The translations under genes were made by a program, and so were the position numbers. A stretch of 63,500 nucleotides of DNA, filler included, from Globobulimina sp. (lineage: Eukaryota), in assembly GCA_003354225.1 (NCBI GenBank). It is 39 parts of 39 records of this genome, joined end to end, with 100 filler letters (N's around TTAATTAATTAA, not from the genome) between each part and the next. Parts side by side here need not be neighbours in the genome. Positions count along the whole stretch, not along the records: positions 60,341 to 61,870 come from PIVH01015246.1; positions 61,971 to 63,500 come from PIVH01015247.1; 37 more parts are not named here. One strand, 5' to 3'. How positions within the stretch are numbered: position 1 is the stretch's first letter; the number at the start of each line of letters is the position of its first letter. The notes beneath the pieces were generated by a model. That model was not told where the DNA came from. It did no database searches and was given only the letters and a program-made list of their open reading frames with translations. Positions 61,591 to 63,500 of this stretch are shown piece after piece.

Positions 61591-62338
61591 AGAATTAGAA
61601 AGAAGAGGAAAGGATAATAAATTAATATAATAATAGAATATAATAATAGAAAAAAGGTATAATAAAAGGTAATTATGATATTGATGAATAACAAGGATCA
61701 CAACATCACCCCGTTCCAAGATTGTTTAGTAACAATCTTTTATAAAATTCCTTAATATCTGAAAGTAACTAACTTAAAAAAAACGTTCACTTTAAGCGTT
61801 TTGCATGAGTTTGTCACTTTGTTGTTAGATAGTTACAAACTGAACTGTCGTTGTTGAGTTTGTTTATGTANNNNNNNNNNNNNNNNNNNNNNNNNNNNNN
61901 NNNNNNNNNNNNNNTTAATTAATTAANNNNNNNNNNNNNNNNNNNNNNNNNNNNNNNNNNNNNNNNNNNNAAGAGATAAATCTATGCAATAAAGGTAAAA
62001 ATTTGTCGTCTATGAGGTGAGAACCTTGATATTAAGATTTTCTTGAAGTGAGCTAGTCATCATTGGACCGCGTTTTTAAAAATTTTTACCCTAACAAAAT
62101 GAGTTGCGAATTTGCCGATTTAGAAACAATGTGTTTTAGTAATTACAAAGGGCACAAAACCGAAACATCGTTTGCGTGAAAAAATTAATTTCTGATTGAT
62201 ATTTGAAGAACGATAAACTTACCGGTATCTAACCATAATTTAAAATAATATCTTGTACACAAGAAAGAGACAGCCACTCAACACACAGTATATACTTGGT
62301 ACAAACATAAGTTACGAATTTGATAAATAACGATTTTG

Positions 62339-62839
62339 TTAAACTTCCTTTACGTCCTGGTCTCTATCATGTTGTGGTATTTTATCCGCTTTATGGATGT
62401 CAGCGCCATTTGGGAATAAAGACAATCTCGCGAGTTTCCAATGTTGAACAGCAAAATCCAAGCCACAGCACATAAACGGCAATGTTAATAATGCCAAAAC
62501 ACAATACAATAAAAAGAATATCCATCCCAATAAAATCATCCATATCAAATTGCAGCCACAATTACATATTCCATCGCAATTTCCCCCTTCACCACAAACT
62601 CCAACATTCACTTTTTTATCATATGGATTCCATGCCACACCTTTATTATTCAAACAAAAATAAACACAAAAACAATTTATTTTTTTGTAGAATTAGTTAA
62701 AAATACCTCCAATAGCACGTAAATCATCGCCGCACGGACAACAACAACAGAGCCAACCCAATATCCACCAAAATAATGCCATTATTGCGCCACCAAATAT
62801 CCACCACAACAAAGACTGACAACTGCATTTTATACACAT
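62339..62839 (-). CDS. Stand-alone YccF-domain membrane protein (intron 62641-62706)
   Basis: Two repeats: LLWWIFGG...AWNPY and NLIWMILLGW...QHWKLARLSLFP. Confidence 0.75.
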
Positions 62840-62907
62840 TATTTCGTGAGTTTAATATAATTAGTTTGTATTATATAAATTAGTTTGTGTTGTTCTACAG
62901 TAATTAA

Positions 62908-63500
<593 letters not shown>

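Noticed and set aside
1533-61970. Regularly spaced TTAATTAATTAA as a CRISPR or biological repeat
   Set aside because: Embedded in fixed N runs between length-sorted contigs; it is a concatenation linker

Overview
This window is not a contiguous locus. It is 39 unrelated short contigs (1532, 1531, then 1530 bp, i.e. length-sorted) joined by an artificial 100-bp spacer (44 N + TTAATTAATTAA + 44 N), so no gene neighbourhood can be inferred across spacers. Most contigs are AT-rich eukaryotic DNA with short GT-AG introns (16 reconstructed by hand, 50-227 nt). The gene families (7TM-RGS, GPS-GPCR, plant-like PPR, ART-like family, RPEL, START, B56, Rac) suggest a protist, plausibly a foraminiferan/rhizarian; that attribution is inference. 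One contig (21211-22741) is bacterial, with a GHKL ATPase, Shine-Dalgarno sites and a sigma-54 promoter, and one (39151-40680) looks like a bacterial/eukaryotic chimera. Mobile elements: a DIRS/Crypton-type tyrosine recombinase, a Gag-like ORF, and a foldback/MITE-like element with 28-bp perfect TIRs. I see no multi-gene system. The best novelty candidates are single-gene architectures: PB1-Gag capsid-CCCH, trypsin-SAM-USP double protease, a LYS9-LYS1 fusion in reverse order to AASS, kinase-MIF4G, and an atypical Rac with a large insert. All domain calls are by eye from motifs; no searches were run.
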